Positions 21,441-29,553 of a stretch of 64,000 nt of DNA are shown in pieces. Under the pieces are notes generated by a model, which was not told the origin of the DNA, ran no database searches, and saw only the letters and a program-made list of their open reading frames with translations. Each line of letters begins with the position of its first letter. Position 1 is the stretch's first letter. Origin of the DNA: Rhizobacter sp. GTDB taxonomy: Bacteria; Pseudomonadota; Gammaproteobacteria; Burkholderiales; Burkholderiaceae_C. The stretch spans positions 2,947-66,946 of the forward strand of contig DASSRA010000142.1 in the NCBI GenBank assembly GCA_035702065.1, in the 5' to 3' direction. A program made the position numbers and the translations under genes.

Positions 21441-21860
21441 ATGCGCATCGAGATACCGGATGAGAAACGCCTGGTCCATGAGATGCGCATCCCGATCCGG
21501 TGGGGTGACATGGACGCCATGGGCCATGTCAACAACGTCAGCTACTTCCGCTACCTGGAGACGGCGCGCATCGAGTGGCTGAACGGCGCGGGCTTCCAGC
21601 CCGACCCGGGCGGCGAAGGCTTCGTGATCATCAACGCCTTCTGCAACTTCCTGATCCAGCTCGAATACCCGGGCGAGATCGTCGCCAAGACCTACGCGGC
21701 CAACCTGGGCCGCAGCAGCTTCGACAGCTTCACCACGCTGGAGCGTGCCGACCAACCTGGGGTGATCAGCGCCGCGGGCGGCGCCACCATCGTGTGGGTG
21801 AACTTCCCGCAGCAGAAGTCGATGCCGTTCCCGTCGCGGCTGCGTGAGCTGATCGCCTGA
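21441..21860 (+). CDS. Acyl-CoA thioesterase (hotdog fold, 4HBT/YbgC-like)
   Basis: RWGDMDAMGHVNNVSYFRYLETAR. Confidence 0.92.
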   Translation: MRIEIPDEKRLVHEMRIPIRWGDMDAMGHVNNVSYFRYLETARIEWLNGAGFQPDPGGEGFVIINAFCNFLIQLEYPGEIVAKTYAANLGRSSFDSFTTLERADQPGVISAAGGATIVWVNFPQQKSMPFPSRLRELIA

Positions 21861-21872
21861 CCCCCGAGCGCC

Positions 21873-24245
21873 ATGCGGTTCTTGCGCAGCCTGCTCAGCC
21901 TGACTCTTCTGGCCTGGGCCGGGGTCGTGTTCGCGCTGGGGCTCGAGTTGTCGCCGCTGGAGCGCGCCTGGGTGCAGACGCATCCGCAGCTGCGACTGGG
22001 CGTGTCGCGCGAGTACCCACCGTACTACTTCGTTCCTGCGGCACCGGCGCGGCCACACGGCTTCGTGATCGGCATGGTCGACCTGTGGGCCGAGCGGCTG
22101 GGCATGTCGGTGGACATCCGCCGCTTCGACAACAACGACGAAGCCGTGCGCGCCCTGCTCGCCGGGGAGATCGACATGATCCCCTACGCCCTGCCCCAGG
22201 CAGGCAATGCCTTGCTCAACCTGCCGGTGTTTGCCGCCGACCAGGTGCTGGTGGCGCGGCGCGACCTGCCCGACATCTCGCCCAACGACAGCTTCGGCCG
22301 CTACCGCGTGGCGGCGGTCGAAGGCTCGCCCGCCGCAGCCTTGCTGGCCACACGCTTCCCCGCCGCCAAGGTGGCCTTGTTCGCCAATGCCGACGAGGCG
22401 CTGCGTGCCGTGGCCTCGGGCAATGCCGATCTGTTTGTGGGTTATCAGCAGGTGGTGGTCTACCACGTGGAGAAGCTGTTCCTGGCCAACCTCGTGATCC
22501 GCCGCAACCTCGGCCCGGGCAGCGTGCCCATCGGCCCCATGGTGCGGCGTGATGCCACGGCGCTGCGCGGCGTGCTGGCCCGTGCCATCGACTCGGTAAC
22601 GGCCGCCGACCGCTCGGCACTGGTGGCGCGCTGGTTGCCGGCCAGCGCGCTGGCCGCGCCAAGCGGCGAGGCCGCGGCGCTCACCCCGGCCGAGCGGGAA
22701 TGGGTCGGCCGCTACGGCCGCATCCGTGTGGGCTTCGATGCCGACTTCTCGCCCATCACACGCGCTGGCGACCTGGCCGAGCCGCAGGGGCTGGGGATCG
22801 ACTACCTGCGTTTGGTGACGCGCAAGACGGGTCTGGCGATCCAGAGCGAGGTGGGTGGCGCGTTCGCCGACGTTTATGCCAAGGGGCTGGCCGGTGAGAT
22901 CGACGTGATCGTGGGCCTCGTGCGCACACCGCAGCGCCGTCTCGACTACGAGTTCGTCGGGCCGTTCTCGCGCGTGCCGACCGCCATCGTCATGCGCGAC
23001 GACGACACCAGCCTTCTCACCGAGACACGCGAGTTCGGCGTGCGCAAGGTGGCGCTGCTGAGGCAGCACTTTCTGATCCCCGAGTTGATGGCGCGCCACC
23101 CCGGCATCCGGCTGGTGGAGTTCGACCGCCAGGACCAGGCGCTCGCGGCCGTGGCCGAGGGCGCGGCCGATGTGGCGCTGGGCAACCTCAAGGTCGTCAA
23201 CGAGCTGATCGAGCGGCGCTTCGGCGGCATGCTGCGCATCACCGGCACCGTGGCGGGCGGCGACAGCGAGCTCTACTTCGGCGTACGCCCGGGGCAGGGC
23301 GAGCTCAAGCAGATCCTGCGCAAGGGGCTCGACGCGGTGAGCGACGCCGAGTCGAGCGCGATCGCCCAGCGCTGGCTGGTGGTGGAGGTGCAACCCGGCG
23401 TGGCCTGGCGCAAGCTCATTGCCTGGGGTGGGCCTTTGCTGCTGGCCTTGCTCGTGGGCATGGGCCTGCTCTGGCACAGCCGGCGCAAGATGGCCGAGGC
23501 GCGCGAGATCGAGGCGCGTGGCCGCCGCCTGGCGGAGGACGCGGCCGCCTCGCGTGGCCGCTTCCTGTCGTACCTGTCGCACGAGTTGCGCGGCACCTTG
23601 GGCGCGGTGGCCAGCGGTGCAGCGATGGCCAAGAGCCATCCCGACCCGGCTTTTCAGGCAACCTTGCTCGATGCCATGGCCGAGTCGCTGCGCGGCCTGA
23701 GCCAGGTGTTCGAGACCACGCTGGCTTTCGAGCAGACGCTGGCCAAGCCGATCGAACTCCAGCCCGAGGCGCAAAGCCTGTCCTCCCTCTGGACGCGCCT
23801 GGTCGCGCCCGGCCAGCTGGCAGCCCACCAGAAGGGCATTGCCTTCGACGCGCGTTGCGAAGCGGGCGACGAGACGGTGCTCGTCGACGGGCCGCGCCTG
23901 CAGCAGGTGGTGAGCAACCTGCTGCACAACGCGGTGAAGTTCACCTCCCAGGGGCAGGTGAGCATCCGCGGGTGCTGGGTCGACGACGGCGAGCCCGCCA
24001 CGCCACGCGAGTTCGAGATCACCGTGGCCGACAACGGGCCGGGCATGTCGGCCGAGGAGATCGAGCGCGTCTTCGAACCCTATGCGCAGGGCGCCGAAGG
24101 GCAGCGGCTGCGCCATGGTGCGGGTCTGGGGCTCGCGATTTCGCGCCAGATCGTGATGGCGATGCACGGCAGTCTCACGGCGCACAGCACGCCGGGGCTG
24201 GGCGCGACCTTCGTGGTGCGCGTGCCTCTGGAACTCAGGCGCTGA
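21873..24245 (+). CDS. Sensor histidine kinase with two periplasmic solute-binding (Venus flytrap) domains, BvgS/EvgS-like, no receiver domain
   Basis: Signal peptide, two repeats starting L(S/T)PxERxWV, one TM, SHELR, NLLHNAVKFT, DNGPGM, GAGLGLAIS. Confidence 0.88.
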   Translation: MRFLRSLLSLTLLAWAGVVFALGLELSPLERAWVQTHPQLRLGVSREYPPYYFVPAAPARPHGFVIGMVDLWAERLGMSVDIRRFDNNDEAVRALLAGEIDMIPYALPQAGNALLNLPVFAADQVLVARRDLPDISPNDSFGRYRVAAVEGSPAAALLATRFPAAKVALFANADEALRAVASGNADLFVGYQQVVVYHVEKLFLANLVIRRNLGPGSVPIGPMVRRDATALRGVLARAIDSVTAADRSALVARWLPASALAAPSGEAAALTPAEREWVGRYGRIRVGFDADFSPITRAGDLAEPQGLGIDYLRLVTRKTGLAIQSEVGGAFADVYAKGLAGEIDVIVGLVRTPQRRLDYEFVGPFSRVPTAIVMRDDDTSLLTETREFGVRKVALLRQHFLIPELMARHPGIRLVEFDRQDQALAAVAEGAADVALGNLKVVNELIERRFGGMLRITGTVAGGDSELYFGVRPGQGELKQILRKGLDAVSDAESSAIAQRWLVVEVQPGVAWRKLIAWGGPLLLALLVGMGLLWHSRRKMAEAREIEARGRRLAEDAAASRGRFLSYLSHELRGTLGAVASGAAMAKSHPDPAFQATLLDAMAESLRGLSQVFETTLAFEQTLAKPIELQPEAQSLSSLWTRLVAPGQLAAHQKGIAFDARCEAGDETVLVDGPRLQQVVSNLLHNAVKFTSQGQVSIRGCWVDDGEPATPREFEITVADNGPGMSAEEIERVFEPYAQGAEGQRLRHGAGLGLAISRQIVMAMHGSLTAHSTPGLGATFVVRVPLELRR

Positions 24246-24798
24246 GCAGCTTGTGCACCAGGTCTGGCGTGGTCGAGGCCGCGTACTTGCGCATCAGGCG
24301 GGCGCGGTAGACGTCGACGGTGCGAGGGCTGATGCCCAGCTTCTTGCCGATCAGCTTGCTGGTCAGGCCGTCGATCAGCAGCGCGGCGATCTCGCGCTCG
24401 CGTGCGGTGAGCTCGGCCTTGAGCTGGCGCACCGATGACAGGTCTTCGAACGACCAGATGCCGGCTGCATGCGGCTGCGTCGGGTCGAGCGAGCGGCCCG
24501 ACACATGGCACCAGAACAGCTCGCCGCGCTGGGGGCCGTCCACGCGCTTCATCACGCGCTCGTCGGCGTACCAGCCGCTGGCGTTGAGGCTGGCAGCGAT
24601 GCGCTGGCCGGTGCGCTCGAACTCTTCGTGCGTGGGGTAGAGCATCTCGAACGACTGGCCGAGCAGCTGCTCCTTGGAGGCACCGAACATGTCGAGCAGC
24701 TGCTGGTTGCAGTCGAGCATGAGGCGGTTGCGCGACAGCACCATGCCGATCGGCGCGAGGTCGAAGGCGGTGCGGTAGTCGTCGGCGCTGAGGGTCAT
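24235..24798 (-). CDS. PAS + LuxR-type HTH one-component regulator
   Basis: N-terminal PAS (AFDLAPIGMVL...DCNQQLLDMFG) and C-terminal LTAREREIAALL.DG.TSK.IGKKLGISPRTVDVYR. Confidence 0.9.
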   Translation of the reverse strand: MTLSADDYRTAFDLAPIGMVLSRNRLMLDCNQQLLDMFGASKEQLLGQSFEMLYPTHEEFERTGQRIAASLNASGWYADERVMKRVDGPQRGELFWCHVSGRSLDPTQPHAAGIWSFEDLSSVRQLKAELTAREREIAALLIDGLTSKLIGKKLGISPRTVDVYRARLMRKYAASTTPDLVHKLLSA

Positions 24799-24842
24799 AG
24801 GCAGGGTGTGGTTGGGCTGCGCGGGTATGTTGCTAGTCAAAT

Positions 24843-24873
24843 CTACGTAACGTCTACTTAACGCGTTACGTAG
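24843..24873. promoter_or_regulatory. 10-bp perfect inverted repeat, candidate operator for the PAS-LuxR regulator
   Basis: CTACGTAACG-N11-CGTTACGTAG in an AT-rich divergent intergenic region. Confidence 0.7.
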
Positions 24874-24913
24874 TACGCTTCCGGGCTGCAATTTACCCTC
24901 GCAGGAGACAGCA

Positions 24914-25615
24914 ATGAATAAGGTGTACCCCAGTGCCGCCGAGGCGCTGAAAGGCATCGTCAAGGATGGCCAGCTGATGGCCGTGGGCGGCTTCGGCTTG
25001 TGCGGCATCCCGGAAGCGCTGATTGCTGCGCTGCGCGACAGCGGCGTCAAGAACCTGAGCGTGATCTCCAACAACGCCGGTGTCGACGGCTTCGGCCTCG
25101 GCCAGCTGCTCGAGACGCGCCAGATCAAGAAGATGATCTCCAGCTACGTGGGCGAGAACAAGGAGTTCGAGCGCCAATACTTGGCCGGTGAACTGGAGCT
25201 GGAGTTCACGCCCCAGGGCACGCTGGCCGAGAAGCTGCGCGCCGGCGGCGCCGGCATCCCGGCCTTTTTCACCCGCACCGGTGTTGGCACCATGGTGGCC
25301 GAAGGCAAGGAGACGCGCGAGTTCGACGGCCAGCTCTACGTGATGGAGCGAGCCCTGGTGCCCGACGTGGCCCTGGTCAAGGCGCACATCGCCGACAAGA
25401 GCGGCAACCTCGTGTTCCGCCGCACCGCGCGCAACTTCAACCCGGCCTGCGCGATGGCCGGCAAGCTCACCGTGGTCGAGGTGGAGAAGGTCGTCGAGAC
25501 CGGTGAGATCGATCCCGACGCCGTCCACCTGCCTGGCATCTACGTGCACCGCATCGTGGTGAACGCATCGCCCGAGAAGCGCATCGAGAAGCGCACCACC
25601 CGCCCGGCCGCCTGA
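24914..25615 (+). CDS. scoA: 3-oxoacid CoA-transferase subunit A
   Basis: [38 protein letters not shown]. Confidence 0.93.
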   Translation: MNKVYPSAAEALKGIVKDGQLMAVGGFGLCGIPEALIAALRDSGVKNLSVISNNAGVDGFGLGQLLETRQIKKMISSYVGENKEFERQYLAGELELEFTPQGTLAEKLRAGGAGIPAFFTRTGVGTMVAEGKETREFDGQLYVMERALVPDVALVKAHIADKSGNLVFRRTARNFNPACAMAGKLTVVEVEKVVETGEIDPDAVHLPGIYVHRIVVNASPEKRIEKRTTRPAA

Positions 25616-25626
25616 AGGAGAACAAC

Positions 25627-26268
25627 ATGCCCTGGACCCAAGACGAAATGGCCGCGAAGGCCGCCTCCGAGCTGAAGGACGGCTATTACGTGAATCTCGG
25701 CATCGGCATCCCGACGCTCGTCGCCAACCACGTACCCAAGAACATCGAGGTCTGGCTGCAGAGCGAGAACGGCATGCTGGGCATCGGCCCCTTCCCGACC
25801 GACGACGAGGTCGACGCCGACCTCATCAACGCCGGCAAGCAGACCGTGACCACCATCCCCGGCACCAGCATCTTCGGCTCGCACGACAGCTTTGCCATGA
25901 TCCGCGGCGGCAAGATCAACCTCGCGATCCTCGGCGCCATGCAGGTGAGCGAGAAGGGCGACCTGGCCAACTGGATGATCCCCGGCAAGATGGTCAAGGG
26001 CATGGGCGGCGCCATGGACCTCGTGGGCGGCGTGCCGCGCGTGCTGGTCGTGATGGAGCACGTGGCCAAGAAGAAGGACGGTTCCACCGACCTCAAGATC
26101 CTGCCCAGTTGCACGCTGCCGCTCACCGGCGTGGGCGTGGTCAACCGCATCATCACCGACCTCGCGGTGATGGACGTGACGCCGCAAGGCCTGAAGGTGG
26201 TGGAGCTCGCCAGCGGCGTGACCCGCGAGGAGCTCCAGTCCAAGACGGGCGTTCCGCTGCGCTACTGA
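25627..26268 (+). CDS. scoB: 3-oxoacid CoA-transferase subunit B
   Basis: VNLGIGIPT, catalytic Glu in [16 protein letters not shown]. Confidence 0.93.
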   Translation: MPWTQDEMAAKAASELKDGYYVNLGIGIPTLVANHVPKNIEVWLQSENGMLGIGPFPTDDEVDADLINAGKQTVTTIPGTSIFGSHDSFAMIRGGKINLAILGAMQVSEKGDLANWMIPGKMVKGMGGAMDLVGGVPRVLVVMEHVAKKKDGSTDLKILPSCTLPLTGVGVVNRIITDLAVMDVTPQGLKVVELASGVTREELQSKTGVPLRY

Positions 26269-26269
26269 T

Positions 26270-27313
26270 TCAGCCGCGCTGAGACTTCAGGGCTCGTGCC
26301 GCTTCGGTCACGAGCCCTGGTCCTTTGTAGATGAAGCCGGTGTAGAGCTGGACCAGGTCGGCCCCGGCCGCGAGCTTCGATTGCGCGTCGGCGCCGCTCA
26401 GCACGCCGCCCACGCCGATGATGGGGAAGCCCTTGCCCAGCGCGGCGCGCAGCTGGCGGATCACGCGGTTGCTGGCTTCCAGCACCGGCGCGCCCGACAG
26501 GCCGCCCACTTCTTCGCCATGCGGCAGGTGCTTGACGGCGTCGCGTGCAATGGTGGTGTTGGTGGCGATCACGCCGTCGATACCGTTCTTCTGGATGGTG
26601 GCGGCGATCACCGCAACCTGCGTTTCATCGAGGTCGGGCGCGATCTTCACGAACACCGGCACCTGGCGGCCGTGCGTCTTGGCGAGCTGGGTCTTGCGCT
26701 GCTGTACGGCCGAGAGCAGGGCGTCGAGCGCCTGGTCGCTTTGCAGCTCACGCAGGTTCTTGGTGTTGGGCGATGAGATGTTGACCGTCACGTAATCGGC
26801 GTGCGGGTAGACGCCGTCGAGGCAGATCAGGTAGTCGTCCACCGCCCGCTCGATCGGCGTGGCGGCGTTCTTGCCGATGTTCAGGCCCAGGATGCCGCCC
26901 GACTGGCGGAAGCGGCTGCGCTTGACGTTGGCGATGAAGGCATCGAGCCCCTCGTTGTTGAAGCCCAGGCGGTTGATCAGCCCCTGCGCCTCGGGCAGGC
27001 GGAACATGCGCGGCTTGGGGTTGCCCGGTTGCGCCTTGGGCGTGACCGTGCCCACCTCGACGAAGCCGAAGCCCATGGCACCGAACGCGTCGATCACGCG
27101 GCCGTTCTTGTCCAGTCCGGCGGCCAGGCCCACGCGGTTGCGAAAGCGCAGGCCGGCCAGCGTGAGCGGGTCGTCGACCGGCGTCTGCGACACAGCGCAG
27201 ATCAGCGGCGTGTGCTGGATGCGCGCCAGGGCGCCGAGCGTGAGTTCGTGGGCTTGCTCGGGGTCGAGGCCGAACAGGAAAGGGCGGGTGAGGGCGTAGG
27301 GGACGAGAGGCAT
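26270..27313 (-). CDS. pyrD: Quinone-dependent dihydroorotate dehydrogenase (class 2)
   Basis: [41 protein letters not shown]. Confidence 0.97.
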   Translation of the reverse strand: MPLVPYALTRPFLFGLDPEQAHELTLGALARIQHTPLICAVSQTPVDDPLTLAGLRFRNRVGLAAGLDKNGRVIDAFGAMGFGFVEVGTVTPKAQPGNPKPRMFRLPEAQGLINRLGFNNEGLDAFIANVKRSRFRQSGGILGLNIGKNAATPIERAVDDYLICLDGVYPHADYVTVNISSPNTKNLRELQSDQALDALLSAVQQRKTQLAKTHGRQVPVFVKIAPDLDETQVAVIAATIQKNGIDGVIATNTTIARDAVKHLPHGEEVGGLSGAPVLEASNRVIRQLRAALGKGFPIIGVGGVLSGADAQSKLAAGADLVQLYTGFIYKGPGLVTEAARALKSQRG

Positions 27314-27377
27314 GCGGTGGACGCGGGGAGAGGCTCTTGGATAATCCCTGCATTCTCTCAAACGCACACGCAAACCC

Positions 27378-28037
27378 ATGACTCAAGACGAACTCAAGGC
27401 CCTGGTGGGCCAGGCCGCACTGGCCTACGTGGTGCCCGGCAGCGTGGTGGGCGTCGGCACCGGCTCCACTGTCAACTGCTTCATCGACGCACTGGCCGGC
27501 ATGAAGGACCGCATCGCCGGGGCGGTGTCCAGCAGCGAGAAGAGCAGCGAGCGGCTGCGCGCCCATGGCATTGCGGTGCTCGACAGCAACACCGTGGAGA
27601 GCATCCCCGTCTACATCGACGGCGCCGACGAGATCGACCACGGCGGGAACATGATCAAGGGCGGTGGCGCCGCGCTCACGCGCGAGAAGATCGTCGCCGA
27701 CAAGGCCGAGCGTTTCATCTGCATCGCCGACGAATCCAAGCTCGTGAAGACGCTCGGCACCTTCCCGCTGCCGGTAGAGGTGATCCCGATGGCCGCGGCA
27801 CAGATCGCGCGGCGCCTGCGCGGCCTGGGGGGCGATGCGCAGCTGCGTGCCGGGGTCGTGACCGACAACGGCTGCCACATCCTCGACGTGCGCGGCCTGG
27901 CCATTACCGACCCGGCCGGCATGGAGCGCGAGATCAACCAGTGGCCCGGCGTGGTGAGCGTGGGCATCTTCGCGCGCAACAAGGCCAGCGTGTGTCTGCT
28001 CGGCACATCGCAGGGCGTGAAGACGCTCACTTTCTGA
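27378..28037 (+). CDS. rpiA: Ribose-5-phosphate isomerase A
   Basis: [33 protein letters not shown]. Confidence 0.98.
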   Translation: MTQDELKALVGQAALAYVVPGSVVGVGTGSTVNCFIDALAGMKDRIAGAVSSSEKSSERLRAHGIAVLDSNTVESIPVYIDGADEIDHGGNMIKGGGAALTREKIVADKAERFICIADESKLVKTLGTFPLPVEVIPMAAAQIARRLRGLGGDAQLRAGVVTDNGCHILDVRGLAITDPAGMEREINQWPGVVSVGIFARNKASVCLLGTSQGVKTLTF

Positions 28038-28121
28038 GCCGCGCCGCCCAGTGCAGGCCGAAAAGCGCGTACCCTCGGCCCTGTCGCCCAGCGTTCACTC
28101 AGCTCACAGGAAGGACGGCCC

Positions 28122-28295
28122 ATGGCCAAACCAAACTACTCGTTCGAAAAGCGCCAGCGTGAACTGGCCAAGAAGAAGAAGAAGGAAGAAAAGCTGAAGG
28201 AAAAGGCCGAGCGCAAAGCCGGCGGTGAGCCTGCCCAGGAAGACGGCGAGCCCCCCGAGCAAGACGCTTCGCCGACGCCTCCCAGCGAGAGCTGA
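28122..28295 (+). CDS. Small 57-aa protein (basic N-half, acidic/Pro-rich C-half), below the ORF-track cutoff
   Basis: AGGAAGG SD then ATG. Translates as MAKPNYSFEKRQRELAKKKKKEEKLKEKAERKAGGEPAQEDGEPPEQDASPTPPSES-TGA. Confidence 0.82.
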   Translation: MAKPNYSFEKRQRELAKKKKKEEKLKEKAERKAGGEPAQEDGEPPEQDASPTPPSES

Positions 28296-28320
28296 GACGC
28301 TCGGACTCCCGGCGCCCGCC

Positions 28321-29553
28321 ATGCCCAAGCGCCGCAAGCCTGAACACGACGACGGGGCGACAGCGCCCCCCACCCGGCAAGCGACCTACGCGCCGGTGTT
28401 CAAGGCGGGCCTTCAGGCCACCACCACGCGCGTGCAGGAGATGCACAACGCGATCTCCGGCAAGACCTTCGACGCACTGCAGAGCGTGCCCGGCCTCTCG
28501 ATCCCGGCGCGCCTGGTGCAAGGCACCCACGATGCGATCACCACCGGCGTGTACGCCGCCGTTCGGCACGGCGCGGGCGCGCTGATGTCGCTGGCCGGCG
28601 AGGCCGAGCGCTTTCTGCTCGACCCGGCCCGCCAGCCTGCCGGCCGCGAGCTGGCGTTCCGCAGTGCCCTCAATGCCGCCGCAGGCGATGCGCTGGCGCA
28701 GGCCGGCAGCCCCCTGGCCGTGCAGATGGGCTTGTACGCGCATGGCCAGCCGCTGGCGCTGACGCAAGCTGAACTGTCTGCGCTGAACGAGCGCGTGTGC
28801 GTGTTCATCCATGGTCTGGCTTGCGACGAGCAAAGCTGGTCGCTTTTCACCGAGGCGTGGCGTGGCGCGCCCTGGGAACACCTGGGCACGAACTACGGCA
28901 GCGTGCTCGCGGCCGAGCTGAACCTCAGCCCCCTCTACCTGCGCTACAACACCGGGCTGGCAATCGACGACAACGCCCACCAGCTGTCGGCCTTGCTGAC
29001 ACGCCTGGCCGAGTCGGCGCCGCAGGTGCGCGAGATCGCGCTTGTCGGCCACAGCATGGGCGGCCTGGTGGCACGCCGTGCCTGCGAGCTGCCCGACGAG
29101 GCCTCGGCCACATGGCGCAACCACGTGCGCACGGTGATCTGCCTCGGTTCGCCGCACCAGGGTGCGCCGCTTGAGAAGCTGGGCCACTTCGTGGCGGTGG
29201 CGCTCAGCCTGACGAACGTGACGCAGCCCCTGGCGGACATTGCCGGCGCGCGCAGCCGCGGCGTCAAGGACTTGCGTCACGGCCTGCGCGGCAAGAAGCG
29301 CGCGGCAAAGGGCCCGGCGCTACGCCTGGTCGCCGGCAGCGTGGCCGACGAATCCAACACCATCCTCGGCCCGGTGCTGGGCTCGGTGGTTGGCGACGGC
29401 CTGGTGACCACCGCCAGCGCGTCAGATGCCAGTCTCGGCGGCGACGTGCAACGCGCCGAGCTGGCCGGCCTGGGCCACATGGCCTTGCTCAATCACCCGC
29501 GGGTTTATGCGTTGATTCGGGATTGGTTGCAGCCCGCCGCACCGCCCGGCTGA
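28321..29553 (+). CDS. Alpha/beta-hydrolase (lipase/esterase, PGAP1-like)
   Basis: FIHGL oxyanion motif, nucleophile elbow GHSMGG, GSPHQGAPLEK, GDGLV, GHMALLNHP. Start uncertain. Confidence 0.85.
   Translation: MPKRRKPEHDDGATAPPTRQATYAPVFKAGLQATTTRVQEMHNAISGKTFDALQSVPGLSIPARLVQGTHDAITTGVYAAVRHGAGALMSLAGEAERFLLDPARQPAGRELAFRSALNAAAGDALAQAGSPLAVQMGLYAHGQPLALTQAELSALNERVCVFIHGLACDEQSWSLFTEAWRGAPWEHLGTNYGSVLAAELNLSPLYLRYNTGLAIDDNAHQLSALLTRLAESAPQVREIALVGHSMGGLVARRACELPDEASATWRNHVRTVICLGSPHQGAPLEKLGHFVAVALSLTNVTQPLADIAGARSRGVKDLRHGLRGKKRAAKGPALRLVAGSVADESNTILGPVLGSVVGDGLVTTASASDASLGGDVQRAELAGLGHMALLNHPRVYALIRDWLQPAAPPG

Noticed and set aside
21339-24185. 948-aa minus-strand ORF
   Set aside because: Shadow of the thioesterase and BvgS-like kinase genes.
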